Positions 1 to 11,754 of a stretch of DNA of 64,000 bases are shown here, in pieces. A program made the position numbers and the translations under genes. The stretch covers positions 558,001-622,000 of the forward strand of contig LN717261.1 in assembly GCA_001244265.2 (NCBI GenBank), written 5' to 3'. How positions within the stretch are numbered: position 1 is the first letter of the stretch; each line of letters begins with the position of its first letter. The notes under the pieces were generated by a model. The model ran no database searches. It had not been told where the DNA came from and saw only the letters and a list, made by a program, of their open reading frames with translations. The stretch comes from Microbotryum violaceum (lineage: Eukaryota).

Positions 1-46
1 TCGTTGACGTGGACCTTGCCCTCGCGTGATCACCCTCGCCCCACAG

Positions 47-1489
47 CTCGATTTGAATCCACTGGCTTGGTCGCTGTCGTCGGTCGCCGATCCACAGACT
101 CACGATCAACTCTCACTCGAACAGGCGTTGGATCAGGTGCTGATCTTTGCCAATGCCCATCTTGCGTTGCGCCATGAGAACCAGATCGCCGTATTCGGAG
201 TGGGATATTCGATGTCGTCAGTCCTCGCTTCAGCCTGGTCGAGCCCAAGCAGCCACCGGCTCGGCGGCCGGTGCCCCGGGCCGGGCACGATGCAAACGAA
301 CTGACTTGTTCTGTTCTGTTGGACATCGTTCCTTGAACTAGGAAATTGCTCTACTCGTCCTCTCTTGCACCTTCGGCTGCACCTTCCGTCGAGCCACTCT
401 CATCCGCGAGAGATGCCAACACCTATCAGCAGTTCAGGATCGTCAACAAGGGTACCACAAACGGTGTGAGGGATATGATGGCCGAGCAGTCGGACGATAA
501 CGTTGGGAAAGGTGCGTGCTCTTTTTCACCAGGCCATCGGCGGTCCACAGGCAAGATTGGGACCATATCGCTGACAAGTGGCCCACGTCGATCCCAGCGG
601 ATGTCGACATGGTCGGCGCCCTCGCAATGGTGCTGTGTCGTGCGTTGTTTTCGGCACTCCTTCCACGATTTGCATACAGTTAAGGTGGAGCTGAACTTCC
701 TCAGTTCTCTTTCGTCCTCACAGATGTGAATCGACTGAACTCGGCCTCGACACTTACGCCGAACCTGAACAAGCCTCGACCACGGATCCTGGTTCTTAGC
801 GTGACCGATGACGCCTCAACGCAATACGTCTCGACTATGAATTGCATCTTCACCGCACAAAAGAATGTCAGTGATTCAATTGTTGAGCGGACGGTTCGTA
901 TTGCGTCCCAGTTTCCCCGTACCTAATGCACAAGCCCGTGGGACACATTTTGCCGTCTCTAGAGTATTCCCATTGATGTCTGCAAAATCTTTGGGCGAAA
1001 TGCGGTTTTTCTACAACAAGCCTGCCACCTCACAGGCGGATCGTATTTCAAGATCGCTCAGCGACGGGGCCTCTTGCAATACCTCATCGTGCGTGTATCG
1101 CTGCAAAACTCGTCGTACCTTCGCTCTATCCAAATTCGGACTGCGAGCTCACTCAGCACGGAAGCGAACCTCCACAGATGACCTTCCTGCCTGGCCCATC
1201 GGCTCGCAAGCATCTAAATCAGCCGACACAAGATCAAGTTGATCTCCGCGCGGCATGCTTCTGCCACCGCAAAATTGTTGATGTCGGCTACGTGTGCTCC
1301 GTGTGCCTATCGATCTTCTGCGCGCCGGTGCCGGTCTGCGCGACGTGTCGGACCAAGTTCCCCATGGCGACCTTGAAACGATTTGGATTCGGTGCAAGAC
1401 CAACGAACAGTGGGGCAATTGCGAGATCGAAGAAGCGGAAAGCGCCGCCGAACGGGGAGACCCTCCCTCCAGTTTCGATCGGCGTTTGA
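47..1489 (+). CDS. TFB4: TFIIH subunit Tfb4/p34 (multi-exon; 5' end lies upstream of the window)
   Basis: Exons encode DLNPLAW...QVLIFANAHLALRHENQIAV, RILVLSVTDDASTQYVSTMNCIFTAQK, IPIDVCKI...FLQQACHLTGGSY and the C4 finger VDLRAACFCHRKIVDVGYVCSVCLSIFC..C..C; separated by GT-AG introns. Confidence 0.93.
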
Positions 1490-1599
1490 ACCGGCCAGGG
1501 GACTGTGCGCTATACCAGCATAATGTACGTTGACGCCTTCCGATGTTGTAACAATGACGGTGCATGTGTCGCGTCGTATGCGCATGAGACGTGGGCCCT

Positions 1600-3695
1600 C
1601 TAAGGCCTATGGTCCGATATCTTGCGCGTGACATGAGCCCACAGTTTAAGCCAGTCGGCTCTGACTTGCTCCGAGCCTTGGGTCCACTCGCCTCGCAAAG
1701 AGCACCCGGCATCTTCTCCATCATCCTGTAGAGCCGTAAAAGTGGCTTCGATCTGATTGCCACCTGTTCCAGCGGTGTTTTGGCCGGCGATACCTGTCTG
1801 AGTGGGGTTTCGCGCCATCCGACGAGCCGAGCGAGACCAAGAATTGCACGCCGCTCTCATTTGAATCACGCCTGGTGCAGAATGTGAGGTCTTGACGCCA
1901 TCTAGCGAGTATAGAATGGTACAGACAAGATTATAAAGAGTCGGGGCGTCCATTTCTGACGGAGCACGAAACGTGGCGGAGTTCACCGGAGGGGAGAACT
2001 TGGTCGTGAACGGTGTAATTTGCGCGAGCGACTGCATACCCGCGGCCCAAGAATATTCGCCCCTCGTCAGCAGCCAAATTCCAGAAGTAGGAGCTATAGG
2101 GGGGCAGGGGACGGCAGGGGACGGTAGCATACCTGAGGTATACGCCAAGCCCCGAGTGACCAGACGAGTATATGACGAGTTGTTCGACCCGAGGAGAGCG
2201 CGTGGACGATGTAATTACTGATCTGTGAGTCCAGTTTGTGGAGAAGACTCAGCACCGCATTCGAAAGGAGATTTTGGGTCCCGCGGTGGCAGTGGACGCA
2301 CTTTGTGTGTTTTCAGCTTGGCGATTAATTGACTCAAGCTGGAAAACTTCCCAAGTAACGACGAGAACAGTCTTTGAATTGACATGTGTGCTTCATCAGC
2401 GAATGCTTCTCTCGATCAAGGTCCTGCCCATGGAACAACCGTTTCTCCGCCTACCGAATATGGCTGCCAAGCCGGACGCTCTCTTCGATCATCCTCCCAA
2501 CGAATTCGATCTCGCCGCCCTTGGTTACCATCTCGTTGGAGGCGCCGGTGCAGACCTGTCGAAGCCCGAGATGAATCAGCGTGCAGCACGTCGACTTTTC
2601 GAGTAGCAGCATCTGTACTCACCGCACTCGGTTGTCCGTCCTTCTCCGTCTCCAAAGCTCTGATCTCGACCTCGCTTTCGTAAAATGGTGGATTACACAT
2701 TGTGAAGTCGAGCTCGTTATCCGCCCAGGTTTCCTTTGGAAATAAAGGGTCCTCCTCACGAGTCGAACAAACGACTTGAACCCGTGCGGTCAAGTTGTTC
2801 GCATTGACATTGCGTATGGCACAAGATTGCGAGTGTTCGTCGACCTCTGATCCGTATACGAAGGCATCCGCTTGCATCTTGGCAACGAGTAGAGCATAGA
2901 TTGCGGAAGCACCTGTGCCACTGCAAGACGGGAAACTGTCAGTGCCCGCACGGCATGGCCTCGATGGGACAGATTCTCTCTCCAGGGTCTACGAACACGT
3001 CCAGGCCGCGAACATGTGACGACCTTTGTGGATTGAGATGGACCAGTCTGAGAATGAAGGTAACGTATTCGACTCTGGGTGTTTTTCGGGACGGGGGCAA
3101 GATGTGAGTCAGGCGTAATTAATCAGGTGCCAACATGGAGGCTGTGGGGGGGAGGGGGTGCTGTGCCAAGTGGGGCGCACGAGCGCAAGATGGTTCGCAA
3201 ACTCACCGGCCCGGCACCTGAGAGTCGAAGCACAGGAATTGACACCCATGTCCCATAATTTCAGCGGCGCCGCCTTGAAACGGGAAGTTCTTCCAGCAGG
3301 TGCAACTCACGATCGGGCAGAGTCGGTCTCTGGGTAGCTCAATCCGGAGTCCGAAGTCGCGTTCAAGCAGTGCTGAACTCAGCGCTCTGCGCGACGCGTC
3401 GGCGTGGGGTAAGTGGGATGCACAGGCCGAGCGGAAAAAGGTTGCCTTGGAGGTACGAGAGCATACCTCAAAGCGTTCTCATCTTTGTAATCGATGGTCG
3501 AGCCCCCGTATGGGTTCGTTCGTAGGCTATCGGAGACCTAGCGCTGTGAGCTGAGCGAGCCTGAGAGCTGCGGAGCTCGACGGTGGAACACAGCGCAAGG
3601 GCCTGAACGTACAAAGGTGCAAAATAGGGTACATCCTGCGCCAGCTGGGAATAATCCGGTGGCCCGTCCGCATACGGATTATGAACGTGGGACAT
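1600..3695 (-). CDS. METTL16/RlmF-family RNA m6A methyltransferase (U6 snRNA methyltransferase-like), multi-exon
   Basis: [57 protein letters not shown]; catalytic DFTMCNPPFY; EMVTKGGEIEFVGRMIEES; C-terminal WLKLWAHVTRKI. Exon borders in the 3' half are approximate. Confidence 0.85.
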
Positions 3696-4385
3696 CTCTC
3701 CGTACGGGAGGGTACGGCCGTCCGTTGTAGCCGTGTCGGGGTCGGCGTCGTCCCGTGCTGGCGGTTGAACTCCGTGGCGTCTCCGCCGACGATCAGAACT
3801 CGGAGCGCTCAGAGGTCGAAGCTGCCGGCGGGCATGAGTGGGGAGGACTCTGTCACGTGTCGGTAGCTTAGCAACTGTCTTTGATCGAGACGACGCCACG
3901 TTGCAGATCCAGAACCTGAGCCGCTGGAAAAGGACGACGTGGGCCCAGGTCGATGTCGTCTGGGTAGATAGATCGATATCAGAGGCGAGGACACAAGAGG
4001 GCAAAGAAGAGCACACTCGTGCACTTTAGTGTAATTAGTGTACCAAAGGAGACTCGCGCTAGCTCCTGCTATTAGCTATTAGCTCGCGCTCCCTTATTAT
4101 AAGTCACTTCTGCGCCCACCACCCCGTTCCCCATCTCGAATTCACCTCAATCGCCCTTTCGCACGCCGTTTCTTCGGGCTTCAGCTACCAGTGAACACTT
4201 GGGCGGAGGACACGGACAGGGTCCTGTCTTGACTAAGGTCCTTGTCGCGTGAAGGTGTGACCGTGGTCTGCTCATCGGCTGTTGCCGGCTAATCACACGG
4301 CTTCTTGCGGCTGGTGATTGAACGTTGAACGTTGAACGGCGATTCGACAGTTCGTCGAGCGACGAAGAGGGGTCCAAGGCACTCA

Positions 4386-5859
4386 ATGCTGGGATCTTTG
4401 AATCAGCCGACACCGTCAAACTCCTCAACTCAACCGCATCCGCATCCACAATCTCATCCGGCACCTCTCAACCGTTACCCGCCACTCCTTCTAGCCGTCG
4501 ATGGCGGTGGTTCCGGCGTACGAGCCGTGATCGCATCGCATGCTGGCGTCGAATTGGCGCGAGCTTCGGCAGGTCCATGCAATGTGTCAGTGGGCATTTC
4601 AGAGTTGAGCCGCGTTTCCGAATAACTTGGAACAGTGGAGACTGACTCCTCGGCTATCGGAACCAATGTCTCCTCCGATCAGCAAGAGCGTGACGGCTCC
4701 GGTTGCGGTCACACGAATTCTCCAAGCCGTCAATGCCGCTCTGACTCTCGTGCCGCTTTCCGGTGACGAGACTCGCCCGGGTCCGCAAGGTCGGACCCCT
4801 GACGCTGTCCCTAGCCTCACATCGGATACTGATCAAGAGCAGTCCTCTTTGATGGGACACTGCTTCGCCAAGGCATGGGTGGGCGTGGCTGGCGTGGACT
4901 CGCGAACGCAGGGATCCGACTTTGAGGACTTGCTCCGTCAAGCGCTTCGTATGGCCACCACAGATTTGATTTTGACGAATGGCGAGTACACCAGATTTTA
5001 ATGATCCTGGCGATGGATTTGTGCATTGACGCTGACCTGAGACTTTATGTGCGTCTTTGCTTCAGATGGGCACCTCTTCGCCGCTGCGTCAACCAGTCTT
5101 CCCCACGTTGACGCCACGGTGGTGATGTGCGCAGGCACGGGCTCCGTATCACTCGCATTCCGCATACATCCCACCACACGCGAACCAAAGCTTGTGGCCT
5201 GTAGGGGTGGCTGGGGCCCCGTCTTGGGAGATGAAGGTTCCGCCTATTCCATCGGCCGACTCGGTATTCGCTCGGTTCTTTCTTACTTTGACGAGCTATA
5301 TATGGCGTCCGCAGGCAAGGGCCCAACACCGCCAAAACCACATCGAACCTGTCTGATGTTTGGGGCTATATTACGCTACTTTGGAGCCACCACCTCAGAA
5401 GGTCTGATCGACCGCATCTATTCGGATTGTTCGACGCCTCAAGCTTCCCACGAAACGGAGTCACGGCGCAAAATTTGGATCGCCGATTCAGCGCGCATCG
5501 TTCTAGAACATGCCTTTCCTGCGATTGTTGAATGCGTAGAGTCAAAGAGAACCGCTTTGGGCATTCTGGCGGAGGCCCAGGCCTACTTGATCGACGTGGT
5601 TCTGCTCTTTGTCGATCAGCTCCGACTCGACCTGCACCGCACAGTCTTGACTTTGGGAGGGAGTCTTTGGACAAATTCAGGATTTGCGCAGATGTTTCTG
5701 GAGAGGCTCGAGGCGACACAATGTGTGTTCAAGCATGTCATCATTGCGTCGGATACCGCAGGACCCGCAGCAGTATCTCTTGCGCAACGTTCGAAGCGAA
5801 CGGCGGACGCCCCAACGCAGAAGGCAGACGAACTTGAGTTGCATAACAAAATACGGTAG
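4386..5859 (+). CDS. BadF/BadG/BcrA/BcrD-type ATPase, N-acetylglucosamine kinase-like
   Basis: LLAVDGGGSGVRAVIA..ARASAGPCN; AWVGVAGVD; LILTND; CAGTGSV; GGWGPVLGDEGSAYSIGRLGIR; LTLGGSLW; introns near 4586 and 4982. Confidence 0.8.
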
Positions 5860-5940
5860 AGGTCGGACCCACACTACGAAGGCTGAAATCATAGTTTCAG
5901 CTCAGCGCCATCTAGATCCTGTATCGGTGCCCCGACGTTC

Positions 5941-8900
5941 CTAGAGTTTGTACGCGACATAGAATGATGCGTACATATTGACCCGATCTATCGGGGTCTT
6001 GGATCCTATCTCCCGTTGGTGGATGCAGCTGTACAGCAATGACGGAAACTTTTGGCATCAGCGTTCGGTCATAGTAGGATTGTCAACGAAGTGGTCAGGA
6101 AAAACACTGACTCGACTCTGAAGCCCTCGCGCTTGTAGAGAGCGATGTACCACGGCTCAAGACCGGCACTGCGCCAGAAAACTCGACCGCCAGGAGCAAG
6201 TGCGTTGCGGAGGGCGCGGATCGTCAAAGTCAAATCGTAAGGATTAGATCTGACTGTTTCGTCCGAGTCGCCCGGCGAGTTGCGGAACCAATCTTGCAGG
6301 TCCATAATGATCGCAATAGTCAGCGAGTTACTTTCAAGTCGTTTCATCACCTGCCAAACAGATGCATAATCGGTTGCCGAATCAGGTAAGCTGCGATAAG
6401 CCTTATCGGGCGCACTCGGCACATTCTTGTTCTAACATTGATGATGGAATCGGTGTGAAGACGGAAAGAATCCAGTCTCGCCCCGTTGTCTTTGTTGAGT
6501 GCCTCAAAACCAGCTCGCGTAAGGTATTCTGGGCTGTGACGAGCAAGGTGCAAACCTCGGTAAGAACTTGCCACTCGGGGATGGGGAGAAATCTTCGCAA
6601 AGGCCGGGGAACTTGTGACTTGCCAGGAGTCATGAGTGTATCTCTGCGTCAGGCAGACCTGGTAATGGTACGCTCCTGATGCGATGTGGGTGCTGTGGGC
6701 CACAGAGTCGAGAGTATCGATTGCAAACTGTTCGGTTGTTGTCTCGGATAGGAACACTTGAGCTTGGTTGGTCGGAACACCTGACAGTGGAGCGTTATCG
6801 TCCGCGCAGCAGTTAGCGCTTGTACTTGCTCTGCCGGCTTCAGTGGGACCGAGCCTCCGGTTCTCGAGAACTCACCCAGCGCATTCCATAGGAAGCAGAG
6901 TTCGACAGAAAGAGCTTGGTGATGAGTTTGCTGAGCAGAACCGGTCTAAACTTGTCTTCCCAAATCTTCTTCTGTTCCGCTTGTGTGGTCGCCGAGACGA
7001 ACGCGTCCACTTCCTTGGACAACCCCCCGATCTTGAGCGCGACCTTGGCCAGCCGGAGGGCCCAGCCAGAGTAGCCCCGGAGGTAGAAAGAGGATGCAAA
7101 CGCACGGTCGTTTTTGCGCCAGAATTGGTACGCGTGGGAGGTCAAGAACGGTGAAAGCTTGGTGTCGAGCAGTTCACGAAATTGGGGGTGCGTTCCTTCA
7201 CCGAAAAGCTAATCAATCCCCGTGCAAATCGACGTAACCATTTAAGGTTAAGTATCCATACCCTTGGCCTGTGCTGGTAGCCTGCCTGTTACAGCAACGC
7301 CGCTAAAAGACACTTACTTTCCAATGGTCGTCATAATCCAGAGCGCAGATTGAGGCGAGCTTGAGCTCCAGCAGGTGACCCTGGCAAGGGTTCATGTCTA
7401 CGGCGTGGATACGCCTTGGTTGTTGACCCGGTTCCCCAGCGATAGCCTCTGCCGTTCGGGTCAAGAACTTAGTTCTTGAGGGGAGGTTCTTGACCATCGT
7501 TGAAGATGAACTTACAGTGCAATGCATTGTCTCCGGCCGAGGTGATGCACAGTGTGGAATCGTCCTTTGTTGGCTTCAAGTACTTCATATCGACGGCCGG
7601 GTCTTCCCACTGCAAGATGAGAACGAAACGCAAACAATCCTCAGCAACTGCTTGTGGGGCCAGAGGCAAACAACCGGAGGCGCTGACTGTGAACCCAAAG
7701 ATCCAGGTTCGGAATTCTTTGTGCACCGGAGAATCCAGGTACGGCACGCGGAACTGTCTTTTGCCGTAGTGAAACGAACTCAATTGCTCGACGGGCGACA
7801 CGTCGATACGAGTGGTCGCGCTCTCCTGTGATTTGGATCGGCAAAGTTGCTGCGGCGAGGAGTTGCGACGCGACAGAGCCGCGAGGCCAATATTGAGCGC
7901 CGGTAGATCGACATTGGACTGTCGTGCAGCAGCAAGGAGTGGCGATGCAGATGCCGATATGGTATTGCCTGCGTCGACTTCGTAAGCAACGTTGGCTCGC
8001 GATGTGTCGGCACGACGGGATGTCATCAAGTTGACATAGTAAGGGCTATTTGTAGAGCCTCTCCCCAAAGTCAGGACCAGGTATGCAGGCCATGGACCCA
8101 TAGAGTGCGACTCACATCCGCACGATCCAGGGTAGGGCAAAGTGGTTGCGACCATTGAATGATTTGATTGTTGCGAAACAATGCTCGAGGTACTGGCGCC
8201 GTGACGGGTGGAGGTCGATGTGATCGAACTCAAACCAATGAAGCCAGAACAGTCGCGTAAGCCAGGAGCACTGGCGCGAAGCGACGTCCCCAATGATCTC
8301 AGCCAGTGAGGATTTCTCGCGAGCCGAGACGTAGAAATCGCAGACGGAGAGCAATCCCGAAGGGATCAGGAAGCGATCGACTCGATCAATGAGAGCCAAC
8401 ATGTTTGGCATCATTGATAGGCTGTAGGACATCGTGACGAAGTCAAGTGCACCCTCCGGAGCCGCGCCGTCTTCCCAGCCTGGCAAAACGAATGCGGTAG
8501 CATCCTAAGTTTGTCATCTAACTTCAGCGGTCGAACGATGTCTCCTAGCTTCAGACCAAATTATCCAGCTGATCAGGAGCGCTCACCTGTAAGAGACAAT
8601 GCACATTTTTCCATCCCCTGGCCTCAAAGCGTTTACGCGAAACCGTCAATAGGGGTTCGCACAGGTCCAAGACATACACCGCGTCAAAGTCGGTGATTGA
8701 AAAGTACAAGGGTCAGTAACCGCAGATGAGCAAGCGTACAACAACGTGGTCGAAGGAGCCGAGCTGAGAGCAGATAGCGCTTGTATGTGGGGGTGGGGCC
8801 GAAGCCGGTGAGGTCGACGCTCACACGTGCGGGAGCTATCGGCGGCAGAAGTCTCAGCAAAGTGTCTGACACCCAGCGCTCCACCTACTTTGTCCATTTC

Positions 8901-9390
8901 CTCTACATTCCACCCTATGCACACAGTTGAGGAAGTTTGTCAATTTCAGCGCCAGGGCACGTGAGGTTCCAACCTCTGGCGAGCACAAAGGGGCCACGGG
9001 CCATGTACTCACCAGTGCCGCCTCCGATATCCAGCCAGATGAGGCGTTTGCAGGGATCGCTCTTGCGTTGTTCTCGAAGGTGAGCGGCGGAAAGCTTCAG
9101 CATGGTCCTACGGCCACGCAGAAGCGCGTTGCGCGTCTTGTCATAGACTGCGGATTAAGGCAAAGGTTTAGGGCTCAGTGCCCACGTTCCCACGTCAGCT
9201 ACTCCGCTCAGGCTGCCATTGGCCTGACGTGCCCGGCCTGGGTCGACGCACTATCCGCTTGTCCAGAGTAAAACGCGTAAAAACGTCCTTCTTGATCCTT
9301 GCTCTTTCCGAGAGGTTTAAAAAAGCAGTTCCAGCAGAATTGCAGGGCAACGTGCGTCGGGCCAGCAAATGCGAAGACGATCGCGAGCAT
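5941..9390 (-). CDS. BTA1: Betaine lipid (DGTS) synthase, fused BtaB methyltransferase + BtaA/DUF3419 domain, multi-exon
   Basis: FCWNCFFKPLG..FYSGQA; YDKTRNALLRGRRTML; WLDIGGGTG-WNVEEM; VTMSYSLSMMP; WEDPAVDMKYL..LCITSAGDNAL; IHAVDMNPCQGHLLELKLA; VFWRSAG; ends DRVNMYASFYVAYKL* at 5941. Start codon uncertain. Confidence 0.88.
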
Positions 9391-9479
9391 CGTGGTGAGT
9401 GAGAGGATATAGCCGCTCGCGACCGAGGATTTGGTGTGAGTATCGAGCCCATGCTTGAGAGGCTGGTAGCCAAAGAAAA

Positions 9480-9525
9480 GTGACGCGGCGAAACCAGTCA
9501 AAGTGACGCGGCGAAACCAGTCAAA
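9480..9525. repeat. Perfect 2x23 bp tandem repeat upstream of BTA1
   Basis: GTGACGCGGCGAAACCAGTCAAA at 9480-9502 and 9503-9525. Confidence 0.95.
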
Positions 9526-10589
9526 ATGATGCGACTCGCAACATGCGACATCGTGGCCTCGCGAAGGATGTTGTGTCAGTCGAGACAGTGAAAGAAAGAG
9601 TCGGAGGTTGAAGCCGAAGGTCAAACTGTGGCGCTGCGCACCTGCGCCGAATTCCGTGATTCTCCAAGATCACCAACGTGGCTCACTGCAGCCGCGCGAC
9701 CAGACCATTCGTGTGAAAGGGGCCGTGGAACCTGACCCGATTCGCCTTCAACTTGCGGAGTTTATTTGCCGGTACAATGGGGCAGGACGGGCTCGCACCG
9801 TACTCTTAGTCCTTCAAGTTGAGCAGAGTTGAGCCTGGTCTAAAAGCCATGTACATACCCTCACGTACTACACATCATCTTCTTCAGTAATTTCCCACTG
9901 TTCGGGTTGAAATATTTACCCTGGAAGGTCATGTCGTCTGCCAGGTCATTGAGTCGACTTATAAGTAGTGGCCCTGAGCCCGCCCACGTACGGTCTCCGC
10001 TGCCCTTGTGCACGTTCGTCACATTGAGGCTTGAGGGACTGTGTCACCTCGGAATCTACGGAGTCGGCTCCTCCTACCTAGGACATCACCGTAGCGGTCC
10101 GGCAGCAGACACAACAGATCTAAATCACGCTGGATGTGAATGGTAGCTTGCTGGAAGTGCTCTATAATCGCATCTTGCCGACTTTTTGTTCCCTCCAAGC
10201 TCAAAAGTTTTCAGGCTGCCAGTGCATGCAGCAGTGGGCGTCCAGATCTTCAGGTGATGAATAATCCGGTACTTGTGTGAACGCTCCAGTCGAACACATC
10301 TGGGCCATTCTTTGCTAACGACCGATCAAGAGAACTCGAAGCTGCAGTGCGCTGATGGGTCATTGCATCAGCGAGGCTGACATGATGATGTCGGTGCCGC
10401 CTCGGAGCCCAGGTCTTTGGACAATGCTCAGATTGGCAGGCGTAGTGTACTAGACGAGTGGGAATCCGTAGAATTAACGGGGTGAAGTAAATCAAATAGT
10501 AGGAGGATTGCATTGAGCAGAGGTAAAAGAACACAATACGAAGGTCAGCAAAGGAACGAATATCCATTCATCGCCGTAACAGCAGGTAA

Positions 10590-10712
10590 CAGCCTGTTGC
10601 TTGTTGCCCAAAGTGTCGTCGTAGAGTCGGTCGGTCCAACTTGGCTTCAAACACTCGCGCAATGAAACCCGCCGGACGGTTATTCGTGCTTCGTCGTTCC
10701 GCCCCAGTGCAG
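10590..10712 (-). mobile_element. Short Helitron Rep-domain relic
   Basis: ACTTGGCTTCAAACACTCG..AATGA..CCGGACGGT..GCCCCAGTGCAG aligns with the Helitron RPDLIARVFEAK segment at ~22555-22623. Confidence 0.65.
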
Positions 10713-11079
10713 GGAGGAAAAGGGAAGGAATAAGAGTAGGATGGGACTGTCTATAGCCCCTCCAACCTCATGTTGTTGTTGAGCCCCTAAAGCCGGTGTC
10801 ACAATGTAGACAATACGCCCTTTCTGAAGCAGAGTCGTGCGCTTGAACTTTCAGCGCGGAGTTAGGACCCATGAAAGCTCAGCCTGAGGTGCGTCAGCTC
10901 CTAATACCGCTTGCGCCGTGCATTTGTTTAGCGAGCAAAGGATGTCTTGTAGTTGCAGCAGGGCTTGAGAGAAAACCGAAGGGACCGTAGTGTAACAACA
11001 CGGACGGCCTTAGTGGAAATAACAAATCAAAATAAGCAAAAATTAGAGGGAAAGGGAAGGAGGGTGGGAAGGTTCAAGG

Positions 11080-11665
11080 ACGAAGGATCGCTTTGCGAGG
11101 CGTAGCGCGATGGAGATTCAGTAAGACAGAGCAACTAAGACAAAGACAGTAGCCCCAGCGTAGTAATATGGCATACCTTTGCGAGGCGTAGCGCAAGCGT
11201 CAAATAGAAGATTTGAGGGTTGGCAGTCTCGGCGAAGGTTATCCTATAGGGTGCTACGTATTAGTTTGGGCGCGCCCAACTAGGACGCTCCTGAAAGACA
11301 GACGAAGGGTCATGCAGAGGTGAGTCACGGAGACCACTTGAACGAGTAGGGGAGCGATTTGAGAACGTCAACAACTAGTCGAGCGTACTCAGACCGGCTC
11401 GAGGATGGGCGCGTGGCCGCTAGGAATCGTCGAGTCGCTTTTTTTCCCGCGGCAGACGCGTGATGCTGTGCGGGTCGTTGGGAGGTTGACTCGCAGGCAA
11501 TTGCGAGGTAGATCGAGTGCAGCCTTGAGCAAGGTGAGATTCGACTTGTAGAGGGTCACCGAGACGAGCAGCACGATTGTAACAGGATCCAGACGACGCG
11601 ATCAGTGAAGAGCGAAGCCTAGCCTGGAGGCGCTGAGCGCTGAGCGCTCCGGAGAGGCCGGCCGG
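11080..11665 (-). mobile_element. Non-coding terminal-repeat relic of the DIRS/Ngaro-type YR retrotransposon family
   Basis: Shares CTTTGCGAGGCGTAGCG x2, TTAGTTTGG.GCGC.CCAACTAGG and CGCTGAGCGCTCCGGAGAGGC with 44235-44880 and 55247-55951. Confidence 0.75.
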
Positions 11666-11754
11666 TTGCCAAAGGCGCTTTAAAGGCGACCAACGGGCGC
11701 GCTGCGCGAGTCGAAAGGCGAGTGCGGTGTGAATCACTCACTCTTGCTAGAACC

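Noticed and set aside
9830-10590. Short ORFs between BTA1 and the TE field
   Set aside because: No recognisable domain or consistent exon structure; probably decayed repeat sequence
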